Assembly (NCBI GenBank): GCA_043228905.1
Contig: JBHGNT010000014.1
Coordinates: 9,114,001-9,178,000, forward strand
From: Azolla caroliniana
Lineage: Eukaryota > Plantae > Polypodiophyta
Length of the DNA stretch: 64,000 bases
Direction of reading: 5' to 3'
The notes beneath the pieces were generated by a model. That model was not told the origin of the DNA, made no database searches, and saw only the letters and a list, made by a program, of their open reading frames with translations. Both the position numbers and the translations under genes were made by a program. Shown here piece by piece: positions 12,801 through 25,700 of the stretch (position 1 is its first letter; each line of letters begins with the position of its first letter).

Positions 12801-15800
12801 TGGCGCAAAATTTGGAAAGAAAGCTTGCTATGGTAACTGTTACTTTACCATGTTGTGATATGTAACGTTCAATTTTGGAAAACTGCAAATCTAATGGTAT
12901 GCGATTGCTGCAAGTGAATTTGATAGGCAATTGGAAAGAAAGAGGCAGCACAGCAAGACTTGAAAGAACTGGAGAACATTCTCATGCCAGTTGATGAACC
13001 TGCTGAGGTAGAAATGATTACGGAAGAAGAAAGATTCATGTTCAGGAAACTTGGGTTGAAAATGTCAGCGTTTCTTCTTGTAGGTGCGTCTATGGTCATT
13101 GTAGAAGCATTTTATGGATTTGTATCTCAGTTTTACTTATTCAGTTAAATGCTTGGCAGGTAGACGTGGTATTTTTGATGGTGTTATTGAGAACATGCAT
13201 TTACATTGGAAACACAGGGAACTTGTTAAGGTTATTGTGAAAGAGAGGGATCCGGAGGAATTACAAAGGACAGCAAAGATGCTAGAATATGCAAGCGGAG
13301 GTGTATTAGTGGCTGTAGTGGTGACATCAAAAGGTCATGCTATAATAATGTACAGAGGTAAGAACTATGAACGTCCATCATCATTGCGGCCAGATAATCT
13401 TCTTACCAAGAAAGAGGCACTCAAAAGGTCGGTGGAAATGCAACGTTGTGCGGTATGGTCTCAACCCTCGGTCTTTAGCAACATCTTTCAACATTTTGTG
13501 GAGCTTGCACTCTAGTCTATGTTGTATAATGTATCAGAGAGATTGTTGACAAATGATTTATTACATGAAGTTTCATTAGTGTCTTAAGTGGATATTCAAT
13601 TTAGCCCTTTGCATTTATCCTTAATCTTTGACATGTGACATATTAGTATACACTATTTTTATCAAGAACATACTCTTGAATATCTACATGTTGAAAATAT
13701 TCTAACATGCACTTTGGAACATCAGAGTTTATTCTATCTGTAGTATATATCATGTACTTTGGAACATAATGTCATGCATGATAAATTCTGCAGATATTTG
13801 GGGAACATAATCACAGTGGCGTGGATGTGCATCATCCGCTTCCTTATTTTAATTTTGATTACTTTTACAGTTCTGCTTCTCCATCTGTCCCACATAGTGT
13901 AGTGTCCTTCTCCTGCATCATTGCTTCGTTATCCTCGCATATTTCTACCTTCCTGATTTTTTCTACTTTTTTTTGCAGTTCTTATGCAGTTTTCCTTCCT
14001 TGTCTCCTTCCATGGAGCAGCTTCCGTTACTTATATCTCCTTACAGTTATTTTTTAGCAGTTTATATTCTTGAATTTCTCTTCTTTCATCCTTCCATTTT
14101 CCACCATGCACACAAAGTCTACTACCAGTACACGCCAATATTTATTATTCTAATAATTTTCTTGCAGTCAATTCCAAAAAGTGACAAAAAACAACCGGTA
14201 TGACAGCTGGGAAAAATTTAGATGATCTTTTATGCATCTTACAGATGCCCTTACCTATATTTCCTTAACAGTTGATTTTTTGGCATATTTACTAAGCTTT
14301 TGCTTCCCAATTTCTCTAATTTCTCTCCTCTCTGATGTACAAGGATATAGATGGAAGTCACTATGTCTCACCTAACACAGACACTAGGAAGCACTTGAAG
14401 CTTGGGAGGAGTGGCTGTGTACAGAAAGGAGCTCCATGATAGAGTGCATGTTGTGCATAAGGATGTAGATGCACATTATATGTGGATATAAATCAAAAGA
14501 GGGGATCTTAGCAAAATATGTATTGCAATTTGCTACTTTCCACCTGCCTACTCAAGGATCACACCTCTCAGTGAATCACCATATCTACCATTGTATGATG
14601 ATATCGTAAGATTTGCTACGATGGGGGACATAATACTATTAGGAAACTTCAATGCACGAACTAAGGATGAACAAACAACTATGTTTGACACTGACGAGGC
14701 TGTTTATGGAGAAGCTATGGCAAAAGAGGTTGGTCTTAGGCAACAAGCTCAAGATATGAGTGAAGTAAGGGAATATGGACACTTTCTAGCCTTGGGAAGT
14801 GCACATGGATTTGTGATATATAATGGATTGTAACGATGGCTTGGATATAATGCTTTGACATGTTGAAACCCAAATGGAGGTGCAAGCACATTTGATTACC
14901 TGATGGGATCTTCATCTTTTATACCTGAAATAACAAGTTCACTTTATCTAGTAAACCTATTGGATTGGTAGCATATCATGCATATCTATGTTCTAAGGTG
15001 AAGGATGGTTGCAAAAGGGATGTATATGCTAAAAGGAGATTGGGCTGGCTCTGCGCGCGCACTTAGATTTTTTAAATGACATCGAGATATAGAAACCCTT
15101 GTTCGACTGCGTTAACCGCCCATATATATAGTTGTGGAGTATATAATGGCATGCTAGATTGCATAAAGCTGCCACAAATGCCTTTTCCCACACAACGGGC
15201 AATGGCTCCAAACTTGGTAGAGTCATAGGTAGTTTCTATGACGAGGAATGTCGTGAGACAAGGAGATGCTAGCAACACAAAGTAACTTGGGGTATTTTCT
15301 TCCAATGCCTTGCAAAGAAGAGATTGTATTTAACTAAATTTGAAGATAATTTTTATTGCTTGTTCTTAGGACAAGAAAGTAAATGAGCATGGAAAATGTT
15401 TATGACAAGCAATCTACCACACAACTGACCTCACCTCATGTGTGGCATGAATATGCAAAGGTACTATATATGATATCTTGGGGCATCCTCCATTTCCCCA
15501 CCCACATGAATCCACCTTATTACTCTACAAAATGTAAGAAATGCCATTGATCACTTGCAATTTGGGAATGCCTAGGATCATGATGGATTGGTAGGTGAGT
15601 ACCTTATCTATGCCCATCACATCTTGCTCCCATTGCTCGCACACATCTTTAATAGAACTGTGTGAAGGTTCCCTACTACATGTTTTAGTGTGCAAATATT
15701 CAAGAGTGGATACTCCATGATGCCCTGCAACTATAGGACAATCACGATTGGCCATAACTTGGCTAAACTATATGGCTCGATCCTAGAGTCCGAATTGAGT

Positions 15801-18800
15801 ATATGGGCAGAACAAAATGCCTGCCGTTCAGCTGGACAGGTGGCTTTCAGAAAGGATTCACAACATTGGATCTTATATTGACCCGTGGAACCCTTATCAA
15901 GGAAGGCAAAGCTCATAATAAGAAGAGTTATTGTTCCTTTGTGGATTTCTGAAAAGCCTTTGACATTGTGTCGCGTGCTCGGCTTATGCACTAATTAGAA
16001 GTAGGGATCGGCAACGGCTCGGCTCAAGCCTAAACCGGTTTAAAATGGCTTAGGGGCTCGGCTCGGCTTGGCTCGGTTCAGGTTTGAGCTTGACTAAACG
16101 GTTTGAGCTCAGTTCGGCTTGGCTTGAGCCTTGCCAAACCAGCTCAAACCGGTTAAGCCGTTTAGAAAGTTTAGAGAGAGAGAGGGTGGGAGACAACAAG
16201 CAAGGGGAAAAAGAGAGAGAGAGAGAGAGACTAGAGAGGGAGGGAGGGAAACAGACAAGGGGAGAGAGAGAGAGAGAGAGAAAGGAAAGGAAAGATATAT
16301 TAACGTCTTTTAAGAGGCCAAAATGACCTATAAGACCAAATAAGAGATCAGACCAAACCGGCTAAGCCTAAACCGAACCGTTGCCGATCCCTAGCTAGAA
16401 GCTCTTGATCGCCCTATAGATATGCAATGGGGGAGTCTATGCACTTTATGAACCTATGATAGGATAGGTGCGGTCTCTCAATGGTTTGTCAGAGGCTGTG
16501 GCTAGCAGAATGGAGTAAAACAAGGTTGCCCACTATCACCCACCCTCTCCGGTCTCTATATAGATGAGGTGTCACATTACATGGAGAGACTCGGAGGTTA
16601 GGGAGCATGGCTAGGGTGTATAGCTATACAAATATTTCTATATGGTGATGATATTATGCTGGTTTCTGACTCTCTAGTTGAGCTACAAAGACATTTGAAC
16701 ACCTTAAAAGTATTTTGTACTATCAAAGGTTTGTTGATAAAAATGAATAAAACTAAAGTGATGCTGTTTAACATCACTCAAGCATGGGTAACAAGATCAG
16801 AACAAGAATTCTGCTTGGGAAAGGAAAAGGTTCCATATACACAGCCTACACATAAAGAGGAGTAACATTTATAGCGGCTAGGTTCTCCTTACAAGAAGTT
16901 GCTTGTGCCTGGCATTATTGTGGACATTGCAGTTCCAAGAGCCAGGAACTGAATTGTGACTGTCCGTGTGACACCAACTCTTCTCTATGGAGTAGAAATG
17001 TGGGGACTGAGACTTAACAAGGCAAATACCTGAAAGATTTAGAGAGCCCGTTAGACTCAATGATTGTCCACACAGTCTAAACTGTGGCTATTTGATACAC
17101 TTGTGACACCAACTCTTGTCTATGGAGTAGAAATGTGGGGACCGAGTCTTAATAAGGAAAATACCTACACATAAAGAGGAGTAACATTTATATGGGTTAG
17201 GTTCTCCTAACAAGAGGTTGCTTGTGGCCGGCTTTATCGTGGACATTGTAATTCCAAGAGCCATGAACTAAACTATGACTGTCCGATACACTTGTGACAC
17301 TAACTCTTCTCTATGGAGTAGACACGTGGGGGCTGAGTCTTAACAAGGCAAATATGTGAGATTTAGCAAGACCTTTAGACTCAATGATTGCTTGCACGGT
17401 CTTAATTGTGGCTACTTGATACACTTGATACACTTGTGACACCGACTCTTGTCTATGGAGTAGAAATGTGGGGACCGAGTCTTATTAAGGCAAATACCTA
17501 AAAGATTTAGAGAGACCTTTTGGCTCAATGATTGCCCGCATGATAACAAGCTAAGCCGTGTGCCCCATGATATAATTCTAACAGAGATGGGAGCAGCCTC
17601 CATAATAATCGAGGCATTATTATGATCAGTGATTTGTATCCAATGGCTTTGGGAGCTCCCTAAAAGAAGGTACTCAAGGTTGGCACTTATGTCATCAAAA
17701 CAATTTTCTGAACATGGAGAGGTACATTGTTGGTATGTTGAAATGCAGCGATGCTTCAAGTTACATGGCACAAATGTAAATGCACTGCCCTCGTTCCAAT
17801 ATAGCTTGGATTTTCACCATCTAAATATGATCAAAGTGGAAAAGAATAGAGTGCTCCGAACTGATATTTTTAAGTTGGAAAACAAGATAACATGGATCAG
17901 CCCAAAAATCACTTGGCAGGAAGATGGCCAAGTATAAGACACTTTTTACACACATTAATGGATGGATTCATCATCAAGCCATCTTATATGGACACATTTA
18001 TCCTATCACATCAACTAGAGATTAAGGTAGACAGATATGCATGATTACCTCAGATTTGTTTTTTGCGAATTGTGTCATCAGGGAGTGGAATTTGAAGAAC
18101 ATTATGTCACTGTAGTGTTTTTTATAATTAAGGGAGGATACCATTGCCTCTTTAAGGAAGCCTTTGGCCTACTACGCAAGGTAATGGATATGAGGACCAA
18201 TGGTGCTTGGGACTTCTCTTGCTAGAACTCAAGAAACAAAGGGAGAAGTTGTTGGACAACAATGCAGCCACACAATCTCATCAACATAGAACAATCAATT
18301 TTTGCTTTAGTGCCATCACTCGTACTCATGCTACAAGTCAATCAAGGGCTACACAAATGGGATCCCAATGAGGACATAACAAAGCCTTTACAATAGGTTG
18401 GGCAATAGCAATTTTTCGTGCATGTAGGCCCCGACTTCATGGACCACGATCTCACTATCCTTGTCATTGATAGATAAAGGGCATTACCTCCTGCCATTGC
18501 AAGTGCTTCCCTTGCTTCGGAGACCTCTCTATTCTGGATCAGCCTATGCTAGAGATATCTCGAGTACAAAAATTGCAATATATCCGACTTCCTTACATGT
18601 ACCGATAACAAGATTTTTTAGTCACTTTCTATTTTATATACGTTTTTTACTTAGTAGCATTTATTTTGGTTTTTATCCTCAAAGATAAGATAACACTTGT
18701 GACGTAATCTCTTGTTTGGTCTTATATCTCTTTATACTCTTGTATTTCCTTCTTTGCTTCTCTTGAATTTGATACCTTTTCATGTGTTTGGATAAGAAGC

Positions 18801-20670
18801 ATATGTTTACACTTTCCCATCTCAGTAAAAGCTAGAGTTGTGTTTTTCATTATTAAACACACATGAATAATCCTGCAGGCATAATTTTAACAGTATCATT
18901 TCAGTTGAATTTTATAATGTAACTTTATATTTGTACTTCTGACTGTTTTTGCTTTTGAGAATTAATATGTGGCAGAAATGCATAAATTAAAAATTTATTG
19001 TTTGCAACAGCTTGGACAACAGTAATAATCTCTTTAGAAATAATTTGAAATTCGTATATTCATATACTTCTCTTGTGGTTGCAGTCATTATCAAGGCACA
19101 TTAAAGCTTTGGAGGAGGAGATATGTAAACTAAAAACTAACTTGGTATGCACTTTTGGCTGTACATTTCATGCTCTATAACAGTGTCATTGATATATCAT
19201 GCGTATCGCTGCTTTGTGGATGCATTCCTGAGTGCCTGAGTCTACCTATCAACTCTTTTCAATTTAAAGAAAAACTTCTTGATTGATGCCTTATTGTAGT
19301 TGTTTCATTATAGAAAGAGGCAGGTGAGTCGAAGGATGAGTTGTATCTATCACCTGATGAAAACAGCGCTGCAAATTTACAGGTTTAGTGTTTGATAAGT
19401 CAGACGTGTTTTATCAATCATTTGAAAGGAGATAACCTGGCTGTTGTCCTTGGTTTATTTTTAGGATGGCACAGTTGAAGATGTACAAAGAGGAAGCACT
19501 GATAGAAAGAAATCCTGTGCATTTGAGATGGATAAAAAAAGTGTTTATCTAGACAAGAAGAATATTCTAAAATTGGTTCAATCAGGTCCAATATTTAAGG
19601 CTGATCAACTTACAAATATTGAAAAAATCAAACTTCGGAAGAAAGCTTTCAAACTTCATGTGGGGTCCCGATTCAGTGTTGGTATGTAAATCTGACAGTT
19701 GTTCATATTAATGAACATATCCTTGTTGAGCTTTGTGTATATTCTTATAATCCATGTCCTGCTAAGTGCTGAAGTTGTTTGAAGAAACCAAATTATCACT
19801 GCTAAATCTGGGGATGGTTCCGTGCATTACATAGTGCCACATGAGCTATATAGAACATATGCAATGGTGTAATATAGCATTAGTATATTTCACTTCTGCT
19901 CAAAATGTTTTCTGTTTTTTATCAAATATACCTTTAGGTTTGTGTAAAGTTATTCACAGTTTAGGAGGTAAATAATTCTCTAGTTTTAATATTGAGCATT
20001 GTTCAGAATACGTGTAGATCCATAATTCATCTTTCTCAAGTTGATTTCATGATGTGCATTCATAAATTCTGTGGCTGTTTTTCTGTATTCTCAGAGTATT
20101 AGTTTGACTTAAAAAACTTTAATTTCACAGGAAAGAGCAACTCACTGGAAGGCCTGGCGAGACATATCCGTATTCACTTCCTGAGACATTCTCTTGTTGT
20201 GATTGGCATAAAGAACAGGGGACGGGGAACATCTAAACAAGAGCTGGTTGGTGAGCTAGAGGTGATTGTTGTCTTTGAGCTGGTTAATTTTTTGCTATTG
20301 GGGATTCAATAGCTTGACTATTTGTGATAATCAATTTTTGTAGAAATTGACTGGGGGAGTGCTCGTTTCGTATGAAACTAGCAAAATCATTATGTATCGG
20401 GGCTGGCCAAGTGGTGAAAAGATTCCATTTGTCGGAAACTCTGAGGAAATAACTCCTGAACTTCGTGTGGCCTTGGAAGCAGAGGATGCTGGTTGGGATT
20501 TGGTTGATGAAAACTCCTGCTATGAAAGTGATATTGATAGTTCTGAAGCTAATGACGGAGATTTGATACTGAGTGAAGCAGAACATGATGAAGAAGAGTA
20601 TTACTTTAGTCAGCTCATAGATTCTCATGGTAAATTGTTTCATGAAGGCCATAAAGGTGGAATAGTGTGA
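9869..20670 (+). CDS. CFM2: Chloroplast group II intron splicing factor with four CRM (CRS1/YhbY) domains, CFM2-like; 11 exons, 1108 aa
   Basis: GT-AG exons: 9869-10843, 10991-11684, 12338-12468, 12560-12832, 12927-13083, 13160-13452, 19085-19144, 19314-19382, 19465-19681, 20131-20261, 20344-20670 (3327 nt, phases consistent, TGA end). CRM1 KIGKLGVT...[25 protein letters not shown]2 [14 protein letters not shown]...[27 protein letters not shown]3 [28 protein letters not shown]...[12 protein letters not shown]4 [13 protein letters not shown]...GKSNSLEG...[19 protein letters not shown]. Four CRMs distinguish CFM2 from CRS1 and CFM3. The N-terminus is Ser/Thr-rich and transit-peptide-like. Confidence 0.9.
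16002..16393. mobile_element. hAT-type non-autonomous DNA transposon (MITE) inside the LINE RT
   Basis: Perfect 16-bp TIR TAGGGATCGGCAACGG / CCGTTGCCGATCCCTA (Ac-like TAGGGAT start). 8-bp flanks ATTAGAAG and GCTAGAAG. Subterminal AAACCGG and GCTCG repeats and a GA-rich core. Confidence 0.9.
16845..17530 (+). repeat. Compound tandem duplication inside the LINE (about 319-bp period, four copies of a core)
   Basis: cctacacataaagaggagtaacatttata at 16845 and 17164. gtgacacc...ctatggagtaga..tgggg occurs four times (about 16967, 17103, 17293, 17435). Confidence 0.85.
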
Positions 20671-21298
20671 TGTCCCTTAATGACAATTCAGTGTTGTATG
20701 ATCAGATCAGATCACCATTGGGAGTACTTGAAGTTGACCACTGCGGGATACAAAGCATTCAGTGATATGGTCATATTTGAAATTGACTCGGAAGCCTAAT
20801 TGCTCAACAAGCTTAAAAGAGTCAGTCAATACTCCTGCATGAACTATGTCTTCTTATGGGAAGAATACCCTCGAACTTGTTCATGCATCATCACATGGTG
20901 CAGTCAATCAATCAATCTATTGGTGAGAAGATAAGCTTATGAGCAATGCCTATGTGCCTTAATACAATCATTTTCTTTAAATGATCCTTACAAAGCATCA
21001 TTTTCTTCCTCTCTTGTCATTAGTATTGAAGTAGTTGAATTACATTTGGATGGTGTGATATATTGTGTGTTGAATATGTGAGTTGAGGGAGAAACTAGCA
21101 TCTTTCATTGGGCAAGTTTGGGGCTTTGAGATTCTCACCAAAGCAGATGTGGCCTTATGGACTGTTCCAAATGCTGATGCATGTAGCGCGAGTCCCCATT
21201 ACTTCATTGCTTATTGGCTCCTCATGATGCTTGGTGATTAAATTAACGTTCTCTTAAACAAGAATCATATATTTTCAAACCAAACTTGATGGCATGGT

Positions 21299-21323
21299 GG
21301 TTTAGGGTTTAGGGTTTAGGGTT
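21299..21323 (+). repeat. Interstitial plant telomere repeat (TTTAGGG)3
   Basis: ggtttagggtttagggtttagggtt read directly. Confidence 0.85.
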
Positions 21324-24300
21324 AAGGACTACAAAGAACTAATCCACAACTTGGGAAGGTTTCGTTGATGTTTTTAAAAAACATTTTTTACAGCCACCTC
21401 AAACTGAACAAGCGCAACACTTGCTCACGTTATCGAGTAAGCCATTTACCTCTCTCGAGGATTATGTGCATCATGCTCAGACCCAGATCCAAAAATTGGG
21501 ACTTTACGGGTGAGAAATGGTTTGTTGCTTGCTTTTTGAATGGTATTCCCAATGGGGATTACCATTGGATTGTCCATGACAAGGACCCCACAACTTTTGA
21601 GGAAGCTATCAACATTGTACTTCGGTACCATAGGACTTCCAAGAGAGACCACAATAAACCCGAGTTTGCCAAAACTTTGAATGTCAAGTTCATTGGGAAA
21701 CGTAAGCAATCCAATGACACTCTTGACCGTGAATCCAAGAAACCAAACCTCTTTTGTGCATATTGCAAGAAACAGGGCCACACAAAGGATACATGTTGTC
21801 GTCTTGTGAAGAAGTCAATGAACACCCCTCCTCAAGACAAATCTACGAGTCACACAGGTGAGTCTTTTGATGTTGTTGAAGTTCATACCAACCACTTAAG
21901 TTCATGTGAATGCACTTTTCCTTCACATTTACTTGGACCTAATGATTTACTCCGAGCAGTCAGGTATATCAATGGAACACAAGCACATTTCTTGTTTGAT
22001 TCCGGTAGTTCTCACAATTTTCTTAATGATCACTTTGTGCAACAAATGGAATTCCACATAAATGCAAGTGATCATATCTATCAAGTTCACATGGAAAATA
22101 GAAGCGTTCAATACATCAATGACATTGTTTGTCAACTGCCAATTCAAATAGATACCTATTTGGAGAAGCTAGACTTTCATGTTATGAAACTACAATCCGT
22201 AGATGTCATTTTAGGATACCCTTGGTTTTTTAATAAAAACCCTTCTTTGTCCATTGATTGGGTTAATCACTCGATCACATTTCAACTTAATAATTGTAAA
22301 CATTTTAATCAATGTTCCAAACTTCCTTCTCGTTCACTTGTGTCATCTAAATCTTTAAGTGAGTATTCTAGTTCATTAATTTATTCGTGTGTAATTGATC
22401 CTGCACTTCAATTTTATTATTTTAATTTTGACGCCGTACAATTACCACATTATGAACAATGATTACTCGACTCTATTTTAGATGATTTTCAAGGTGTGTT
22501 TCCTAACGAATTGCCGCTTACTTTACCACCAAAACGTAATGTGGACCATCAAATTGAACTCATCCTCGATGCTACTCCTATGAGCATTCCACCTTACCGA
22601 CTTAGTCGATTAGAAGAGGATGAGATCGTTAAACAACTTAAGGAATACTTGAGTATGGGCCACATTAGGTATAGTAAATCACCTTGGGGTGTGCCAATTC
22701 TATCACTTAAGAAGAAGGAAGGTTCATGGTGAATGTGTATTAATTATTGCTGTTTGAATCAAATGATAATTATAAATGCATATCCGTTACCTCGTGCCAA
22801 TGATTTGATTGATCGTTTGCATGGGGCCCGATATTTTACAAAATTTGACTTACGAACAGGTTATCATTAGATTCTCATTGCTGAGGATGATATTCCTAAA
22901 ACCATGTTTCTTATGCACTATGGCCATTATGAGTTTTTTGGTCATGCCTTTCGGGTTGACTAATGCTCTAGGCACATTCCAACAAGCGATGAATGACGTT
23001 TTCTGAGATCAACTTGGTGATTTTGTTGTCGTCTTCTTGGATAATATTTTGATATATAGTTGTACCCTGTAAGATCATGTTCAACATGCTCGATTTGTTT
23101 TGCAAAAGTTGCGTGACAACTCTTTCTATGCAAAACATTTAAAATGTGTTTTTTTTCAAAACTCTATTGTGTACTTAGGTCATTTAATTACGAAAAATGG
23201 CGTTGAAATTGAACCATCTCATATTGAAAAGGTTAAACTTTGGCCCGTTCCTCATAATATTCGTGAATTGCGATCATTCTTAGGGTTTGTTGGATTTTTA
23301 CGAAAATCAATTCGTAACTATTCCAAATTGACTACGCCATTAACTGACCTTTTAAAAGGTTATCCACGTAAGTTCGTCAAACCAATTGCATGGAATGAAC
23401 AACTTGAAAAATCATTTGAGACACTCAAAGAGCATGTGTGTCAGGCTCCCACTCTTCTATTATCAAACCCTTTTAAGCCTTTCTCAATTGAAATCGATGT
23501 TAATGATTATGTTATTGGTGTCGTTCTTTATCAAGGCGGTCACCCTATTGCTTTTGAAAGTAAGAAGCTTGATGTTGCTCAATCTCAGTATTTGGTTCAA
23601 GAGAAAGAGTTGTTTGTAGTAATACATGCACTTAAAACATGGAGGCATTATCTCTATGGAAATAAATTTGTGGTTACAACAGACAATCAATCATTGAAGT
23701 ATTTTTGTGACCAGCCAAATCTTGTTGGTCGTAAAGGTCGTTGGGCTGACCTTATGTAGGATTTTGATTTTTCCATACGGTATCGCAAGGGTTCTATGAA
23801 CACCATTGTAGATGCCCTTAGTCGCATTAAAGAAGTTAACATGCTTAGCTTCACAGAAATAAATTTTGATCTTTTAGATCACCTTCGAGGGAAATACCTT
23901 AATGATAGTTATTTCTCAAAATACTAGACGAAAACCGAATCTGGTTTAGATGTCGTTACTAGCACCCTACCCTCGAAGGCAACCTTTCACATTACAAACG
24001 GTTTGCTCTATCGAAGTGGAAAGGTTTGTGTTCCAGATTTACCAAACGTAAAACAGAAAATTCTTCATGAATGTTATGATGCACCATCTGTGGGTCATCC
24101 TTGAATACAATGTTCAATCATTCTCATCTCGAGTACTTTTTTTTGGCCTAAGATGTGCTCTGACGTGCATAAATACGTAACTCAATGCTTATAATGTCAG
24201 ATTAATAAGTCGGAACGACGTAAAGCTGTTGGTCTTTTACATCCCTTAGATATTCCCAACAACAAATGGGAAACTATCTTGATGGATTTTATTGTTAGTT

Positions 24301-25700
24301 TACCTCGTACACAGAGGGGTCATGATGCCATTTGGGTTGTCGTTAATAAACTAACAAAATTGGCTAGATTTATTCCTACCAAAACCACGGTAACTGCTCA
24401 ACAATTGGCTTATCAATTTGTTGATGAGTTATTTCGCTTTTATGGATTACCGATGGATATTGTAATGATCGAGATTCCAAGTTTACTAGTGACTTTTGGA
24501 CTCAAGTCTTTAAGAAACTAGAAACTATGTTGAGTATGAGTTCCACAGATCATCCTCAGTCTGATGGATAAACTGAACAAGTTAATCAAATTATTGAGGA
24601 CATGCTTTGAGCTTATGTAGCAAAACCCCTTCGAAGTAGGAGCAATACCTTCTTATCTTAGAATTTTCCTATAATAGTTCTAAACATACATCCACTAGAT
24701 ATAGTCCTTTTATGTTGATGTATGGTTTTTAGCCACGTTCCCTAGTTGATGTCACAATTCATCGTGATACATTAGACAATACACGCAACTTTTTGCAAGA
24801 CATGAACCAAATGTTTCATATTGCCAAAGAAAATGTCAAGACATCTCAAGATCGTGTTCGATTTTATGCTAATAAGGAGAGACGTCCTCGTGCATTTACT
24901 ATTGGTCAAAAAGTTTTTTTGCGTGTCTACGGGCAAGTGTGCTAAGTTAGCCCCATGATATTGTGGCCCATTTGAAATCCTTAAGCGAGTTGGGTCATCT
25001 GCTTATCACCTTGCCTTCCTGTTTTTCACGTCAGTCGTCTAAACCCATTTTTAGGCTCTGGTGATAACACCATCACAATCGGAGATCTCGTAACATTAGA
25101 GGATTTTTCTTACAAACCTCATGTTCTTGAAAGAATTCTTGATTCTCATACTAAACGTTTATGTTCTAAAGAGATTCAGCTATTCAAGGTAAAATGGATG
25201 GATAAACCTATTGATGATGCCACATGGGAACGCGAGCATACTCTTAAGGCACAATTTCCTCACTTTATATTGCAAGAGTGCAATCTTTTAAAGTAGGGGA
25301 ATATGTTATATACACATAACGTTGGTGAGGGTAGGTCACTAATATTTACATTCGTGAAGGGTATGTTCACTAATGTTAAAAAAGGGGCTAATGTGATTGC
25401 ATAGAAGGAATGATAGGTGCATGCACTATCATGATTTGGGCAACCAATGAATGGAGACCCTTTTAGCAAGGCACATCTATTCAAGGGGCCTAGGAAAAGG
25501 TATAAATATGAGGCTTAGCTACCCTCATAAACACATTACTTCGGAAGGCTGTTGTCTTAGACACCGGTGGTGGGGGCTAGGCTTTTGTCTCGACGATCGT
25601 GTTTATCTCTTCCAAGGTATTAGTCATCCTAATATCTAGTGTTATGGGACGTCGGTGGTAGGTTGGCTATGTCTAGATCATAGCTTGGGGGTGGTCAGGT
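21324..25700 (+). mobile_element. 5'-truncated, degenerate Ty3/Gypsy chromovirus; 3' LTR starts at 25304, right end approximate
   Basis: Zinc knuckle CAYCKKQGHTKDTC, protease [21 protein letters not shown], RNase H QEKELFVVIHALKTWRHYL, integrase MDFIVSLPRTQRGHDAIWVVV. Chromodomain-like RILDSH...FKVKWMDKPIDDATWE at about 25130-25260. PPT AAGTAGGGGAA precedes TGTTA. Confidence 0.88.

Larger units (their letters stand above)
14330..18470 (+). mobile_element. Degenerate LINE (AP endonuclease plus RT) in CFM2 intron 6; ends approximate
   Basis: Endonuclease motifs [29 protein letters not shown] motifs [53 protein letters not shown]-terminal SHQLEI...[15 protein letters not shown] Cys/His motif. 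Confidence 0.85.
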
